DNA of 64,000 nt from Desulfatiglandales bacterium (GCA_963667015.2 CAXXJJ010000004.1:2720001-2784000); one strand, 5' to 3'. Shown: positions 19,785 through 30,151, counted from the stretch's first letter. Translations and numbers: made by a program. The notes: generated by a model from the letters alone, not told the origin.

Positions 19785-20768
19785 ATGAGACTGACAAAAG
19801 ACGGTGAACCTTACGGCCTTATCACCAACATACAGAAATACACAATACACGACGGCCCTGGAATAAGAACAGAAATCTTCTTCAAGGGCTGTCCCCTCAG
19901 ATGTTTGTGGTGCAGCAATCCCGAAGGATTATCCCCGAAACAGCAGATTGGCGTATACCCATCCAAGTGTATCGGCATAAGCAAATGTTCCCTTTGTATC
20001 AAAGAATGTCCTGAAGGGGATAATTCTCCCATAAGGACTCAGGATGATCTGCTTCTTAAGATAGAAGAAATCCCGGAATGCGCGGATTGTTTAAAATGCG
20101 CTGATGAATGCCCCTCAAGGGCAATTATGACATGGGGTGACAAAATGATGGTCCCGGAGCTTATGGAAATAATCCTCCAGGACAGAAGTTTTTATATTAA
20201 AACCGGAGGAGGCGTTACTCTTTCCGGCGGAGAGGTTATGCTTCAATGGGAATTCGCCAGTCTCCTTTTAAAGGAATGTAAAAATTCATCTATACATACA
20301 TGTGTCGAATCTTCACTACAATGTCCTCAGGAACACATGGAAAAGGTATATGAATACACGGACCTTGTCATTACCGATATAAAACATATGGATACAGTGA
20401 AGCACAAAGAATATACCGGGGCGGGCAATGAACAGATCCTTAGCAATATAAAGAGGACGGTTGAGATGGAGAAGCCTCTTGTCATCAGGATACCGATTAT
20501 TCCGGATCATAATAACAGTGAAGAAAACATAAGGGCAACCGCTGAATTTATAAGCAAAGATCTGGGCAATAATATTGTGCAGCTGCAGCTTCTACCATAC
20601 AGGAAAATGGGAACTGAAAAATATGCCTCCCTATCTATCCCCTATTCAATGAAAGATTTCACACCGCCTGAAAGATCGGTCTGGGAAAAGAATCTGCTTG
20701 ATCTCACCGAAATATTGAAGGGATACAACATTCCAGCAGTCGCAGGCTCTACCACAAAGATGGCGTAA
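19785..20768 (+). CDS. Glycyl-radical enzyme activating enzyme
   Basis: HDGPGIRT, GCPLRCLWC, ferredoxin-like insert, GGVTLSGGE. Confidence 0.95.
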   Translation: MRLTKDGEPYGLITNIQKYTIHDGPGIRTEIFFKGCPLRCLWCSNPEGLSPKQQIGVYPSKCIGISKCSLCIKECPEGDNSPIRTQDDLLLKIEEIPECADCLKCADECPSRAIMTWGDKMMVPELMEIILQDRSFYIKTGGGVTLSGGEVMLQWEFASLLLKECKNSSIHTCVESSLQCPQEHMEKVYEYTDLVITDIKHMDTVKHKEYTGAGNEQILSNIKRTVEMEKPLVIRIPIIPDHNNSEENIRATAEFISKDLGNNIVQLQLLPYRKMGTEKYASLSIPYSMKDFTPPERSVWEKNLLDLTEILKGYNIPAVAGSTTKMA

Positions 20769-20900
20769 AGACGCCCACAACATGATCGTCTCTAGGGCAT
20801 TAACCTGATGATTACCTCCCAATAGCTCGATTTGATCCTACTTCTTTTGGTATAATATTTGCAATGATTAAGCGAATTAGAAGCCAGGGAGGAGATCCAA

Positions 20901-21233
20901 ATGATTGAAATACAGCTCAGATTTAAAAATAGCGTTCTTAAGACCATTGAAACAGACAGGGATGAAATCACTATTGGCAGGAAAAGAAATAATACTATTG
21001 AAATCGATAACCTGCAGGTCTCCAATAAACATGCAAGGATTATTAAACATGCGGACACCTATTTTATTGAAGACATAAACAGTACCAACTGTACATTTCT
21101 GAACGATCAAAAGGTAACCAAGGCGCCTCTAAGAGACAAAGATATAATCACTATAGGAAAACATACACTGGTAATCAATTTTATACAGGAAAAACCTGAC
21201 AACGATATGAGCGATCCTACATATGCCGTCTGA
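20901..21233 (+). CDS. FHA domain protein
   Basis: ITIGR..VSNKHA..DINSTNCTFLN. Confidence 0.9.
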   Translation: MIEIQLRFKNSVLKTIETDRDEITIGRKRNNTIEIDNLQVSNKHARIIKHADTYFIEDINSTNCTFLNDQKVTKAPLRDKDIITIGKHTLVINFIQEKPDNDMSDPTYAV

Positions 21234-21276
21234 ATGATCTTATCCGGTCTGAAACAAACCTCATATCGCTATTATT

Positions 21277-23232
21277 ATGGCTGCAACACCAAAAAAAATA
21301 GGAAAGTACAAGGTAATATCTCAACTTGCGATCGGAGGCATGGGAGAGGTATATAAAGCGGAACATCCTACCCTTGGATCAACAGTCATCATAAAATGTC
21401 TCACAATAAAAAATGATCCGGCCATTGAACAGCGGTTCCGCCGGGAGGCGCGAATTATGATGGAGCTGAAGGACAGGCGCATTGTGCAGGTATATGATCA
21501 TTTTAAGGACCGCTCTTCCTATTGCATTGTAATGGAATATGTTGAGGGTATCGACCTTGATAATTTGATAAAGGAAAAGAGATGCCTGCCAAGGGATATG
21601 GCGCTTTTGATCTTCACCGAGGTGTGCAAAGCCCTGAAATTTGCCCATGAACAAAAAGTTATCCACAGGGATATCAAACCTGCTAATATACTTATATCAA
21701 AATCCGGGGAAGTAAAATTAACCGATTTCGGGGTAGCCGCCACGGTGGAAGAAGATGAAGGTCTGACCAGAACCGGAATGACCCTCGGAACCCCGGCATA
21801 CATGTCACCAGAACAGATATCGGACCCCAGTAAAGTAGATCAGCGGGCGGATATCTATTCTATAGGTGTATTGCTCTATGTAATGTTGACCGGCATCAAA
21901 CCTTACGAGAGTTCTTTTGAACCACATATTCTTGCAAAGATAACCAGGGGCCGTCATATATCTCCTCGAAAAATCAACCCTAAGATATCCCGCCCGGTTC
22001 AGCGCCTTATTAAAAAGACAATGCATCACAAAATGAAAAAGAGATACAGGGGGATAGAATACGTTTTAAAAAAATGCTCCAAACTTCTCAAATCCTATCA
22101 GGACCAGGGGCAGATAAACAATGATATCCGGCTTTTTCTTGAAGGAGAGGAGCCGGTTAACAGCAAAGTATCAAAACAGGGGTGGTTTGGACTGAAGCCG
22201 GCAGTAACCATTATTATTTTTTTTGCCATTGTTGCCGGGGGTTTATTTGCATACAGAAACGGAATGCATTATGAATACTTCTATCCCTCTGATTACGGGG
22301 CACTGACAGTTGAGGCAAAAATAAGAAAAGAGCGAAAGGCGTTTTCAGGGTTAGCCCTCCACGGCACTCTATTTTCTCAAGAGAAAAACAGCTGGAAAGA
22401 GGTTGATGGAATAGATTTCGGTTTTAAGGAAGATATCTCTGTCTCCACAAAAACCTTCTCCAGTCTTCGTTCTCAAAAAAAATATCTCCCTGAAGGAAAT
22501 TACCTGATTCGGCTGGACATAAAAAACGAACAGTACCAGACTCAATTTTATCTGGCACCCAGGTCGATTCAAAAAAATCTACCTACAGAAAAAGATGGTT
22601 ACTGCCTGCACATTGCCATGGAAAAGGATGCCCCAATACTCCCCCTTAAGTTGAAATGTACTGTAAAAAACCTGACAGACGGAAAAGATATCATTGATAA
22701 TGCTTTAATCTACATCTTCCATGAAAACAAATGGATATCCTTGGATAAATTCAAGAATGATGAAAACCTTTTCAGGACCTTTACAAGCGGAAAGGATTAC
22801 AGTTTTCAATTCTCTGAAGACGGCTTTTTCACAAAATATGTGAACACTTCCGTGGACCCCGAACAGACACTGTTGAACCTAGATGTAACCCTTATTCCTC
22901 TGCCGGGAAAGCTCTACATCAGCTCAAAGGCGACAAACCTGATTTTTCTTCTGAATGGGTTACCCTATCACCTTGATGGCGGCAAAAATTCAACATATAA
23001 AAATCTGCCACAGCTTAATGAATCAGGGCAATTGATCTCTCTGCCTGCAGGGGATTATTCTCTGACTGTTAAAGAGGAGATACCCTGGTGGAAACGAATC
23101 TCAATATTTCCTCCGCAACTTCTGCCATTAAGGTGGGATATGAGGAAGATAACGATCCGTCACGGGGAAATATTAAATGTGGTTGCTTACATAAATATTG
23201 CCGATGGTACACTCAGGCTGGAAACACAATAA
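21277..23232 (+). CDS. Hanks-type Ser/Thr protein kinase with TM helix and extracytoplasmic domain
   Basis: GGMGEVY, HRDIKPAN, DFG, GTPAYMSPEQ, TM segment. Confidence 0.92.
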   Translation: MAATPKKIGKYKVISQLAIGGMGEVYKAEHPTLGSTVIIKCLTIKNDPAIEQRFRREARIMMELKDRRIVQVYDHFKDRSSYCIVMEYVEGIDLDNLIKEKRCLPRDMALLIFTEVCKALKFAHEQKVIHRDIKPANILISKSGEVKLTDFGVAATVEEDEGLTRTGMTLGTPAYMSPEQISDPSKVDQRADIYSIGVLLYVMLTGIKPYESSFEPHILAKITRGRHISPRKINPKISRPVQRLIKKTMHHKMKKRYRGIEYVLKKCSKLLKSYQDQGQINNDIRLFLEGEEPVNSKVSKQGWFGLKPAVTIIIFFAIVAGGLFAYRNGMHYEYFYPSDYGALTVEAKIRKERKAFSGLALHGTLFSQEKNSWKEVDGIDFGFKEDISVSTKTFSSLRSQKKYLPEGNYLIRLDIKNEQYQTQFYLAPRSIQKNLPTEKDGYCLHIAMEKDAPILPLKLKCTVKNLTDGKDIIDNALIYIFHENKWISLDKFKNDENLFRTFTSGKDYSFQFSEDGFFTKYVNTSVDPEQTLLNLDVTLIPLPGKLYISSKATNLIFLLNGLPYHLDGGKNSTYKNLPQLNESGQLISLPAGDYSLTVKEEIPWWKRISIFPPQLLPLRWDMRKITIRHGEILNVVAYINIADGTLRLETQ

Positions 23233-23276
23233 ATAATTATTTAAATTAGAAAACCTTAATATTTCTCACGTAAAAA

Positions 23277-25820
23277 TCAGTCAAATGACAATTCAGTCCT
23301 GCTTATAAGATCGCTCTGGAGTTCCTCGCTCAATTCAACAAAGTAGGCACTGTAGCCGGCAATTCGAACAAGAAGGTCTTTGTATGCATCAGGCTTTTTC
23401 TGGGCATCAATCAAAACGTCCTTGCCTATAATATTGAACTGGCTTTGCATGCCATTGCAGTCAAAATACACATCCATCAGGGATATAAGATTATCCCTCC
23501 CGGTTTCACCGGAAACCGCTCCCGGGCTGAATTTCCAGTTAAGAATGATACCGTTCCCTATACGGCTGTGGTCCAGCTTAGCCACTGACTTGGCAATTGC
23601 CGTTGGGCCCTTTCTGTCATGAGATGCTATTTCTGTATGCACCGGTCCGATACAGTCTGACAAGGGGCCATAGGCCTTTCTGCCATCAGGGGTAGCCGCG
23701 GTGTAAAACCCTGCCATAACATTCTGTGAAACAGAGAATACCCCCGGCATATATTCACCCCCATGCGGGGTCGGCCGGTGTTCGACATGCCTGCAGTATG
23801 TAGCTGCCACAAATTTTGCTACATCATCGGCATAGTCATCATCATTGCCGTAACAGTGCATCCTGTCACTGTTGACCATGGCATACAAGGTTTCGTATCC
23901 CTCCCAGTTAGCCTTTAAAGCATCAAGAAATGCCTTGCCGTCTGTCTTTTTTTCATCAAACACCAGCTGCTTTATTGCCGTCAGGCTGTCAGCCACGGTT
24001 CCTATTCCAACACCCTGGGGGCCGCTGTGGTTGTATACTGCACCACCCGCAGACACATCAACTCCCTTGCCAATACAGTCATCAATCAAAAGAGAAAGAT
24101 AGGGAAGAGGTTTAAGCCGCTGATGTGCCATGTCCACCTTGTTTATCTGGCTGATCATAATATCACACCAGTATTCCATCTGTTTATCAAAGGATTCCAT
24201 GACTTCGTCGAAGGACTTAAAGGTTTCGAGGCTTCCTGTATCAATACCCAGCCTTCCTCCTGCACCTGCACATTTTTCATACCTGGGGCACTGGGGACTG
24301 CAGTCTATACAACGCCCTCCGTTTATGGCAAGCTGCATTACCTTTGCTATATTAAATGAACTTGAATCATGCCAGCCGTATGTTTTTCCCGGAACACAGG
24401 GTTCAACACAGCCTATCCCGACATAATTTCTTGCATCTTCTATGGGCTTGTCATAGTTGAGCAGTGCCTTGATCATTTCGGAATCATTAAATATCTTGGG
24501 TTCTCCTGTACCGATCCGGATTACATTAAATGTCTTTATCTTGAATTCCCTGGGGGCATCTTTATGGAGCCGTACACCCATCCATGGATTAGGAATTCTT
24601 GTGTGCGCATGTGCATCCAGAACCATATAGCTGAGATCATTTGTTGCGTCATTTCCCTCTTTGTCCACACCGCCCACATCCAGGGCCGTACCGCCCATTA
24701 TGGTACCGCTGGAAAATATAATTGCCTTCTTATCGCGGATCTTGCACAGTTCATGTATCTTGAGGAATGACATTTCAATCAGTTCCTGGATAAATTCCCT
24801 TTTAAAGGTCCCCTGAGCCATGTCATGCCTGTAAAAGGGATAAAACAACTGATCGAAACGGCCGTATGTAACAGAATGCCCGTTTGTCTCAATAATTATC
24901 ATATTGGTAGCAATATGCCAGAGCTGTATTGCCTCCCAGAAATCCCTCGGAACACCTTCCGCGACCTGGAAGCAGTTTGAGGAAATACGTTGGAGTTCGG
25001 CTTTCCGGCGCTCGTCAGTCTCTTCTTCTGCCATGTCAGCGGCAAGCTGTGCATAACGCTTTATATAGGTAACAGCGCCTTCAAGGGATATAAGCGCGGC
25101 ATCGTAAAATTCTTTTCTGGTGATATCCGAAGGATTTGAGGTATTAAGCCCTGCTCTTTTTTCAAGTATCTGCTCTCTGATGCCGCCAAATCCAAGAGAT
25201 AAAAGCTTTTCATAATTTGCACATACATGGCCCACGCCGGCTGAAGCGAACAGCCCGAAAAAGTTGACACCCTTTTCCAGATGTGATCCTTTTCGTTCTT
25301 CCTCAGTCAAAGTACTGAGGATATGCTCTTCAAGGGTATTCCCTTTCCAGTACTTCTGTATATCAAAAAGAGCCTTCTTTGTATCTTCGTCGATCACATA
25401 ACGGTCATTTCTCCGAAGTTCAAGTGGAGAGTTGGTCATTTCATCACAAAGCCAGTCAATTGAAAATTCAGGATATACAGGAGCACTTTTGGCAGGGGCG
25501 GCTAATTCGCCGACAATAAGTTCATCAGGCCATATGTTTATTTTAACCTGCTGCAGAACATCCCGGTATGTCATTGCACATTTGAGTATCTGGGGATAGG
25601 CGCTGTATTTCTTAAAATATCCTTCGGTATAGATTACGGCACGCTGAGAATCTGCAGTGAAATCTCTTTCCTTAAGCCATTTAAGAATATTATTTATTCT
25701 TGGAAACGGCGACGGATTTTCTTCTATTGCAGAGACACCCACCCCCCATTCCTTATCATAGGGTTCTATGGCTAAAGGATCAGTGGCTTTTGTATTAATA
25801 TTTTCATTTACAGCTACCAT
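23277..25820 (-). CDS. Glycyl radical enzyme, paralog of 17204-19768
   Basis: IGCVEP, RIAGYS, NGHSVT, GWHD. Confidence 0.93.
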   Translation of the reverse strand: MVAVNENINTKATDPLAIEPYDKEWGVGVSAIEENPSPFPRINNILKWLKERDFTADSQRAVIYTEGYFKKYSAYPQILKCAMTYRDVLQQVKINIWPDELIVGELAAPAKSAPVYPEFSIDWLCDEMTNSPLELRRNDRYVIDEDTKKALFDIQKYWKGNTLEEHILSTLTEEERKGSHLEKGVNFFGLFASAGVGHVCANYEKLLSLGFGGIREQILEKRAGLNTSNPSDITRKEFYDAALISLEGAVTYIKRYAQLAADMAEEETDERRKAELQRISSNCFQVAEGVPRDFWEAIQLWHIATNMIIIETNGHSVTYGRFDQLFYPFYRHDMAQGTFKREFIQELIEMSFLKIHELCKIRDKKAIIFSSGTIMGGTALDVGGVDKEGNDATNDLSYMVLDAHAHTRIPNPWMGVRLHKDAPREFKIKTFNVIRIGTGEPKIFNDSEMIKALLNYDKPIEDARNYVGIGCVEPCVPGKTYGWHDSSSFNIAKVMQLAINGGRCIDCSPQCPRYEKCAGAGGRLGIDTGSLETFKSFDEVMESFDKQMEYWCDIMISQINKVDMAHQRLKPLPYLSLLIDDCIGKGVDVSAGGAVYNHSGPQGVGIGTVADSLTAIKQLVFDEKKTDGKAFLDALKANWEGYETLYAMVNSDRMHCYGNDDDYADDVAKFVAATYCRHVEHRPTPHGGEYMPGVFSVSQNVMAGFYTAATPDGRKAYGPLSDCIGPVHTEIASHDRKGPTAIAKSVAKLDHSRIGNGIILNWKFSPGAVSGETGRDNLISLMDVYFDCNGMQSQFNIIGKDVLIDAQKKPDAYKDLLVRIAGYSAYFVELSEELQSDLISRTELSFD

Positions 25821-25956
25821 AATGAATACCTCGTAAAAAATTTACCGGCTTCTTTAACATACTATCGGAAAAAACAAAACTTATATGCAATATATATTTC
25901 TAAGATCAAAATATATGAATCGTAACCATGTATGTCAATAAAAATACCTGATTTAA

Positions 25957-26586
25957 CTACAAATAGGGATTTGTCATCTTCTCTCGCCCAATTGTTGATG
26001 AGGGACTGACTCCGTAATCATGCCCTGGCCAGACAACTGTCTCATCAGGAAGAGTCAGAATCTTTTTACTAATTGACTCCATATAAACTTCATAGTCTCC
26101 GCCCGGAAGATCATCCCTTCCTATTGCCCCTACAAACAGTGTATCACCTGTAAAGAGGCTTCCTTCTCCGTAAAGGCATATACCTCCCCGGCTGTGCCCC
26201 GGGGTATGAATAACCTTTAATTTAACATCACCTATTACGATTTCATCATTATCCTTCACATGAAGGTCTGCATCGGGTGAAGGAGCAAAACCCATCTGGG
26301 CAGCATGAGCGCGGCCTTCAGGGGAATTAAAAAGTTTATCATCCTCTTCGTGCATTATTATCTTTGCCCCTGTAAGTTCCTTTACTCGGGCATTTCCGCC
26401 GACATGATCCGCATGACCGTGTGTATTTACAATATACTTAAGGGTAAGCCCTTTTTGCTTTATCCTGTTGACCACATAGTCTTCATCCCCTGCAGGATCA
26501 ATAACAAGGGCTTCTTTTGTGTTGGGGCATGAGATTATGTAGCAAAACACATCCATGAATCCTACTTTTATCTGTTCTATATCCAT
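25957..26586 (-). CDS. MBL-fold hydrolase (glyoxalase II-like)
   Basis: THGHADHVGG, TPGHS, FTGDTLF, PGH. Confidence 0.9.
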   Translation of the reverse strand: MDIEQIKVGFMDVFCYIISCPNTKEALVIDPAGDEDYVVNRIKQKGLTLKYIVNTHGHADHVGGNARVKELTGAKIIMHEEDDKLFNSPEGRAHAAQMGFAPSPDADLHVKDNDEIVIGDVKLKVIHTPGHSRGGICLYGEGSLFTGDTLFVGAIGRDDLPGGDYEVYMESISKKILTLPDETVVWPGHDYGVSPSSTIGREKMTNPYL

Positions 26587-26597
26587 TTGGTTCTCCT

Positions 26598-27098
26598 TTA
26601 TACCGGCGGCAATTTGTCTATAAGAGAAAAAATCTCCTCTTCCGAATCTTTTAAATCAGGAGAAATATCCTCTCTTTTTATTTTAATAAATTCTCCCCTG
26701 CTCTTTGCAAACAGAGTATTTCGGTTATCCCTGAGTTCGCCTTTAACAGTAATTATCTTCTCGCCCTCTATACAGGAAATAATACTGCCGCTGGCCACAA
26801 GCGGGACTCCGGTCTGAACCGGTCTGATATATTTTAGCTCCATTTTTCTCGTAACAAAAAATATTCTTTTAAAATAGAGGATTGTCCAGGACATAACTTC
26901 ATCAAGAATGGTTGAGATAATTCCCCCGTGAGTAATGTCCGCCCATCCTGCATGATATTTACCTGGGGTAATTTCAGAACAGATCTTGTCACCTGTTGCG
27001 TAGAATTCAAGATTCAGGCCTATAGGATTGGCAGTACCGCAGGCAAAACAATGATACCCTTCCGGTTTTTTGATCTTTATCTTTTGATTATCTGCCAT
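26598..27098 (-). CDS. PaaI/hotdog-fold thioesterase
   Basis: CFACGTANPIGL, HGGIISTILDE. Confidence 0.88.
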   Translation of the reverse strand: MADNQKIKIKKPEGYHCFACGTANPIGLNLEFYATGDKICSEITPGKYHAGWADITHGGIISTILDEVMSWTILYFKRIFFVTRKMELKYIRPVQTGVPLVASGSIISCIEGEKIITVKGELRDNRNTLFAKSRGEFIKIKREDISPDLKDSEEEIFSLIDKLPPV

Positions 27099-27933
27099 GC
27101 ACTTTTCTCTCAATCAGCATCGTGTACCATGTCATCTCATATTCCCATTCTTTCACAATATTCATTCCATTCTTTCTTATTAACTCTCTCAGGTCTCCTG
27201 CCTGGCTGCGCATCAGTCCTGAAAAAATATAGTAATCCTTATCAAGAAAGCCTTGGTCAGCAAACATCGTTTTAATTACCTCAAAATGGATATTTGCAAT
27301 TAAAAGATCAGCCTTGTTGCATGCATAATCTTCAGCCTTCCCCTCAAATACACTTATTTTTTTGTCAAAATTATTTATAAGCACATTATTAGCTGCAGTC
27401 TTTACGGCAAGTGGATTAAGGTCGATAGCAGTAACTTCTGAAGCTCCAAGGTATATCGATGCTATAGCGAGTATCCCGGTACCGGTCCCTATATCTATTA
27501 CTTTATTAAACGAATGATGTTTTCTCAGGTATGAAACAGCGCGAATGCAGTCTTTTGTGGTAGGATGCAACCCGTTCCCAAAAACAACACCCGGATCAAG
27601 AATAATTTTAAACCTTGCGCTGCCAATATCAACTTCCTCCCAGGGAGGAACTATTATAAAATCCTCTATAAGCTTTTTTTCAAATCCGCCGCCCTGCCAT
27701 TCTTCATAGGAAAAACTGTACTTATCAAGTATTTTAAGTTGAGGCTGCTGAGATATAATTTCTTCCAAATCATTTTCCGGATCTTCAGTAAAAAAAAGGA
27801 AGGAAAATCTATCTTCAACCCAGTTGCCGATATAATTCCTTCCCAGGATTTTTTCATATTCATGGCAGAAGACACCATCAATATGATAAATAATAAGATT
27901 TTTATAGGGGCAGCCAACTGTTTTTGATTCCAA
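27088..27933 (-). CDS. PrmA-like SAM-dependent methyltransferase
   Basis: LDPGVVFGNGLHPTT, DIGTGTGILA, ANI. Confidence 0.85.
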   Translation of the reverse strand: MESKTVGCPYKNLIIYHIDGVFCHEYEKILGRNYIGNWVEDRFSFLFFTEDPENDLEEIISQQPQLKILDKYSFSYEEWQGGGFEKKLIEDFIIVPPWEEVDIGSARFKIILDPGVVFGNGLHPTTKDCIRAVSYLRKHHSFNKVIDIGTGTGILAIASIYLGASEVTAIDLNPLAVKTAANNVLINNFDKKISVFEGKAEDYACNKADLLIANIHFEVIKTMFADQGFLDKDYYIFSGLMRSQAGDLRELIRKNGMNIVKEWEYEMTWYTMLIERKVHGR

Positions 27934-27953
27934 TGGATATCCCCCCTGAAAAC

Positions 27954-28880
27954 CTAAAAACTGAAATCGTATTCTCTTCCATTTTTTTGCGATCTCATTA
28001 TCATCACCTTACAGAGATCATACATAACCTTAAAAGGCTGGATATCAGTAATGCTATATACAAAGCGTGCATTATCCATTGCGATGGATTCCGTATCCTC
28101 ATCTTTTTCAAGCCTGTCTAACGTATCATTATGATAAATTTTGGTAGCATCAATTGCCTTTTGAAGGTGCTTTCTCACATCTCCTTCAATAATACAATTG
28201 TGACTGAGAACTGCACGTTTTGCAGGAATTTCTGCCATCTTTTTTATGCTGTTACAGTATGCATCAAGAGAAACAAAATAATTGGGCCAGAAGGCATCCT
28301 TTTCTGGTACATAAAACCCGGTTGAATCTCCAACAATGAGTGTCCCTTCATTTTTTTCAAAAAGAGAAATATGGCAATATGAATGCCCTGTTGTTTCATA
28401 AACATCCCACATAACACCGTTTCCCAGGTCAATAGTATCGCCTTCCTTGACCGTTTCATCCAGTTGAAAGGTATAGTCATCCAGGGCCGGCGGAAGGTCA
28501 TCAATATCACCCTTTGCCCTCATAAGCTGGGCTATTCCTGTATCAACAAGTAAAAACTCCCAGAATAACTCTGTTTTGCTGAATACTTTTTCGGCATTGG
28601 GACTGGCCAGAAGTTTTACATGGGGCCATTCCTTTTTGAAAAAAGGAATTCCGCCAATATGATCTGCATGGGTATGTGTTAACACAATATATTTAATAGC
28701 TTCAGCAGGGTCGATGCCAAGGGATTTTATCTGATCAACGATTATCCGGAATGTTGGACCGGTTCCACCCTCGATAAGCATACCAATCTCACCCATTGAA
28801 AGAAAAGCAGGAAAGGCCGGGGTTCCCAGTTGATAAAAATTTTCAGCAACCTCTATTGGGGGATGTTGTTTAATATTCAT
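27954..28880 (-). CDS. MBL-fold metallo-hydrolase
   Basis: THTHADHIGG, TGHS, VGDSTG, LSH; AAGGAGG RBS. Confidence 0.9.
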   Translation of the reverse strand: MNIKQHPPIEVAENFYQLGTPAFPAFLSMGEIGMLIEGGTGPTFRIIVDQIKSLGIDPAEAIKYIVLTHTHADHIGGIPFFKKEWPHVKLLASPNAEKVFSKTELFWEFLLVDTGIAQLMRAKGDIDDLPPALDDYTFQLDETVKEGDTIDLGNGVMWDVYETTGHSYCHISLFEKNEGTLIVGDSTGFYVPEKDAFWPNYFVSLDAYCNSIKKMAEIPAKRAVLSHNCIIEGDVRKHLQKAIDATKIYHNDTLDRLEKDEDTESIAMDNARFVYSITDIQPFKVMYDLCKVMIMRSQKNGREYDFSF

Positions 28881-28947
28881 CTAATGTAAATCCTCCTTAT
28901 TTTATATATAAGACAAAAAATATAAATTTATAATTATCGGTATATAA

Positions 28948-28984
28948 CAAAAAAAACGCCTGAGCGTGTGCTCGGCGTTTTTTG
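28948..28984 (-). terminator. Attenuator terminator in the leader of the MBL-hydrolase gene
   Basis: AAAAAACGCCGAGC-acac-GCTCaGGCGTTTTTTTT on minus strand. Confidence 0.85.
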
Positions 28985-29003
28985 ACCTGTTGATTCACAC
29001 ACA

Positions 29004-29075
29004 CTATTTTTTACAGGTCCACCTCTTAAAAAAGTAAAACCTTAAAAATATTTTAATAGCTTGATTTTCCATCAT
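29004..29075 (-). CDS. Leader peptide MMENQAIKIFLRFYFFKRWTCKK (aromatic-rich)
   Basis: GAGGA RBS, 4 Phe + Tyr + Trp in 10 codons, stop lies within hairpin 1:2 just upstream of terminator. Confidence 0.75.
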   Translation of the reverse strand: MMENQAIKIFLRFYFFKRWTCKK

Positions 29076-29093
29076 TTTTATCCTCGCGCGCAA

Positions 29094-29121
29094 ATTTTAC
29101 ATTTCATGCATTCTTTGTCAA
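29094..29121 (-). promoter_or_regulatory. Sigma70 promoter for leader peptide and downstream genes
   Basis: TTGACA-16 nt-TAAAAT. Confidence 0.65.
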
Positions 29122-29418
29122 CATAAAAAAATCTATGAAGTACAAAGGAACTTTTGAAATCCCTAAAAAGATTAAAGGTGCGCACTTTATTATCCGAACT
29201 ATTAAGTGTAGATACTCTGAAATTATTTTCGTTTATCAAAAATACCGGATTAAAGAAAATATTAATAATTAAACTAACAATATTACATAGACCCGGTGTT
29301 GACACAAAATCTAGAAGCACATATAGTCAACGTCTTAAAAAGGTAATTATTTAAAACCATTTCTTATTAAATTTCTAATAATCAAAAGACCGCTAATACT
29401 TATAAGAAAATTAAATTT

Positions 29419-30102
29419 ATGGCAAAATTAAAATCACGCAGAAAAGCTATTGGATTAATTGCCCTTTCTCCTCTTATCTTCACTCAATGTACAGGCTTTA
29501 GACTTAACCATTCTAAAGATTCTTCTTTCAAAATATTAAGCGTACCGGCTGTTCACAGGTTTGATACAAATGCATGCCTTCCATATGCTATTAAAGGGAT
29601 ATGTGAATATTATAACCTGGATAAAAGCTTAAGAGATATTAACAGGGGACTTAATAGAACTTATGGAGAAGTTTCTTATGTACTGGATGGCATCAGGCTG
29701 CTTTCAGAATTTCAACTGAATGTTGATTTTTACTATTACCAGAATCAATGGGTTGGGTCACATAATAAATATAAAAGTATAGAAGGAATCACAAAAAGCC
29801 AGATTCCAGCAAATGTAAGGCCATATAATGAAAACTTATCACTTGAAAGAATAACCTCTGAGATTGATAAGGGGAATCCTTCTATTATTTTTGTTGATGG
29901 TTATGCCATGAAAAATAAACCTAAAAAGGGCATCTATTTGGGGCATTATGTAACAGTAATAGGTTATGATAGTAGCAATATATATTTAAATGATACCTTA
30001 AAATTTTCAACAAGAAGAAAAATAGAATATCACCTGTTTCAAAAAGCAAGACTGAATATACCCTGGCAATACGGAATGATCTTATCTAAAAAAAACATCT
30101 AG
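29419..30102 (+). CDS. Peptidase C39-like (papain-fold) putative lipoprotein
   Basis: NACLPYA (Cys), GHYVTVIGYD (His), YLND. Confidence 0.7.
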   Translation: MAKLKSRRKAIGLIALSPLIFTQCTGFRLNHSKDSSFKILSVPAVHRFDTNACLPYAIKGICEYYNLDKSLRDINRGLNRTYGEVSYVLDGIRLLSEFQLNVDFYYYQNQWVGSHNKYKSIEGITKSQIPANVRPYNENLSLERITSEIDKGNPSIIFVDGYAMKNKPKKGIYLGHYVTVIGYDSSNIYLNDTLKFSTRRKIEYHLFQKARLNIPWQYGMILSKKNI

Positions 30103-30107
30103 AATTA

Positions 30108-30140
30108 CAAAAAAAAACCCCTCGAAATTAATCGAGGGGC
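30108..30140 (-). terminator. rrn terminator (possibly bidirectional)
   Basis: CCCCTCGA/TCGAGGGG hairpin with T-run on minus strand. Confidence 0.75.
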
Positions 30141-30151
30141 TTTAAAAAAAG

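Noticed and set aside
29078..29354. Two short opposing ORFs in the AT-rich intergenic region
   Set aside because: No RBS or motifs; overlap promoter DNA
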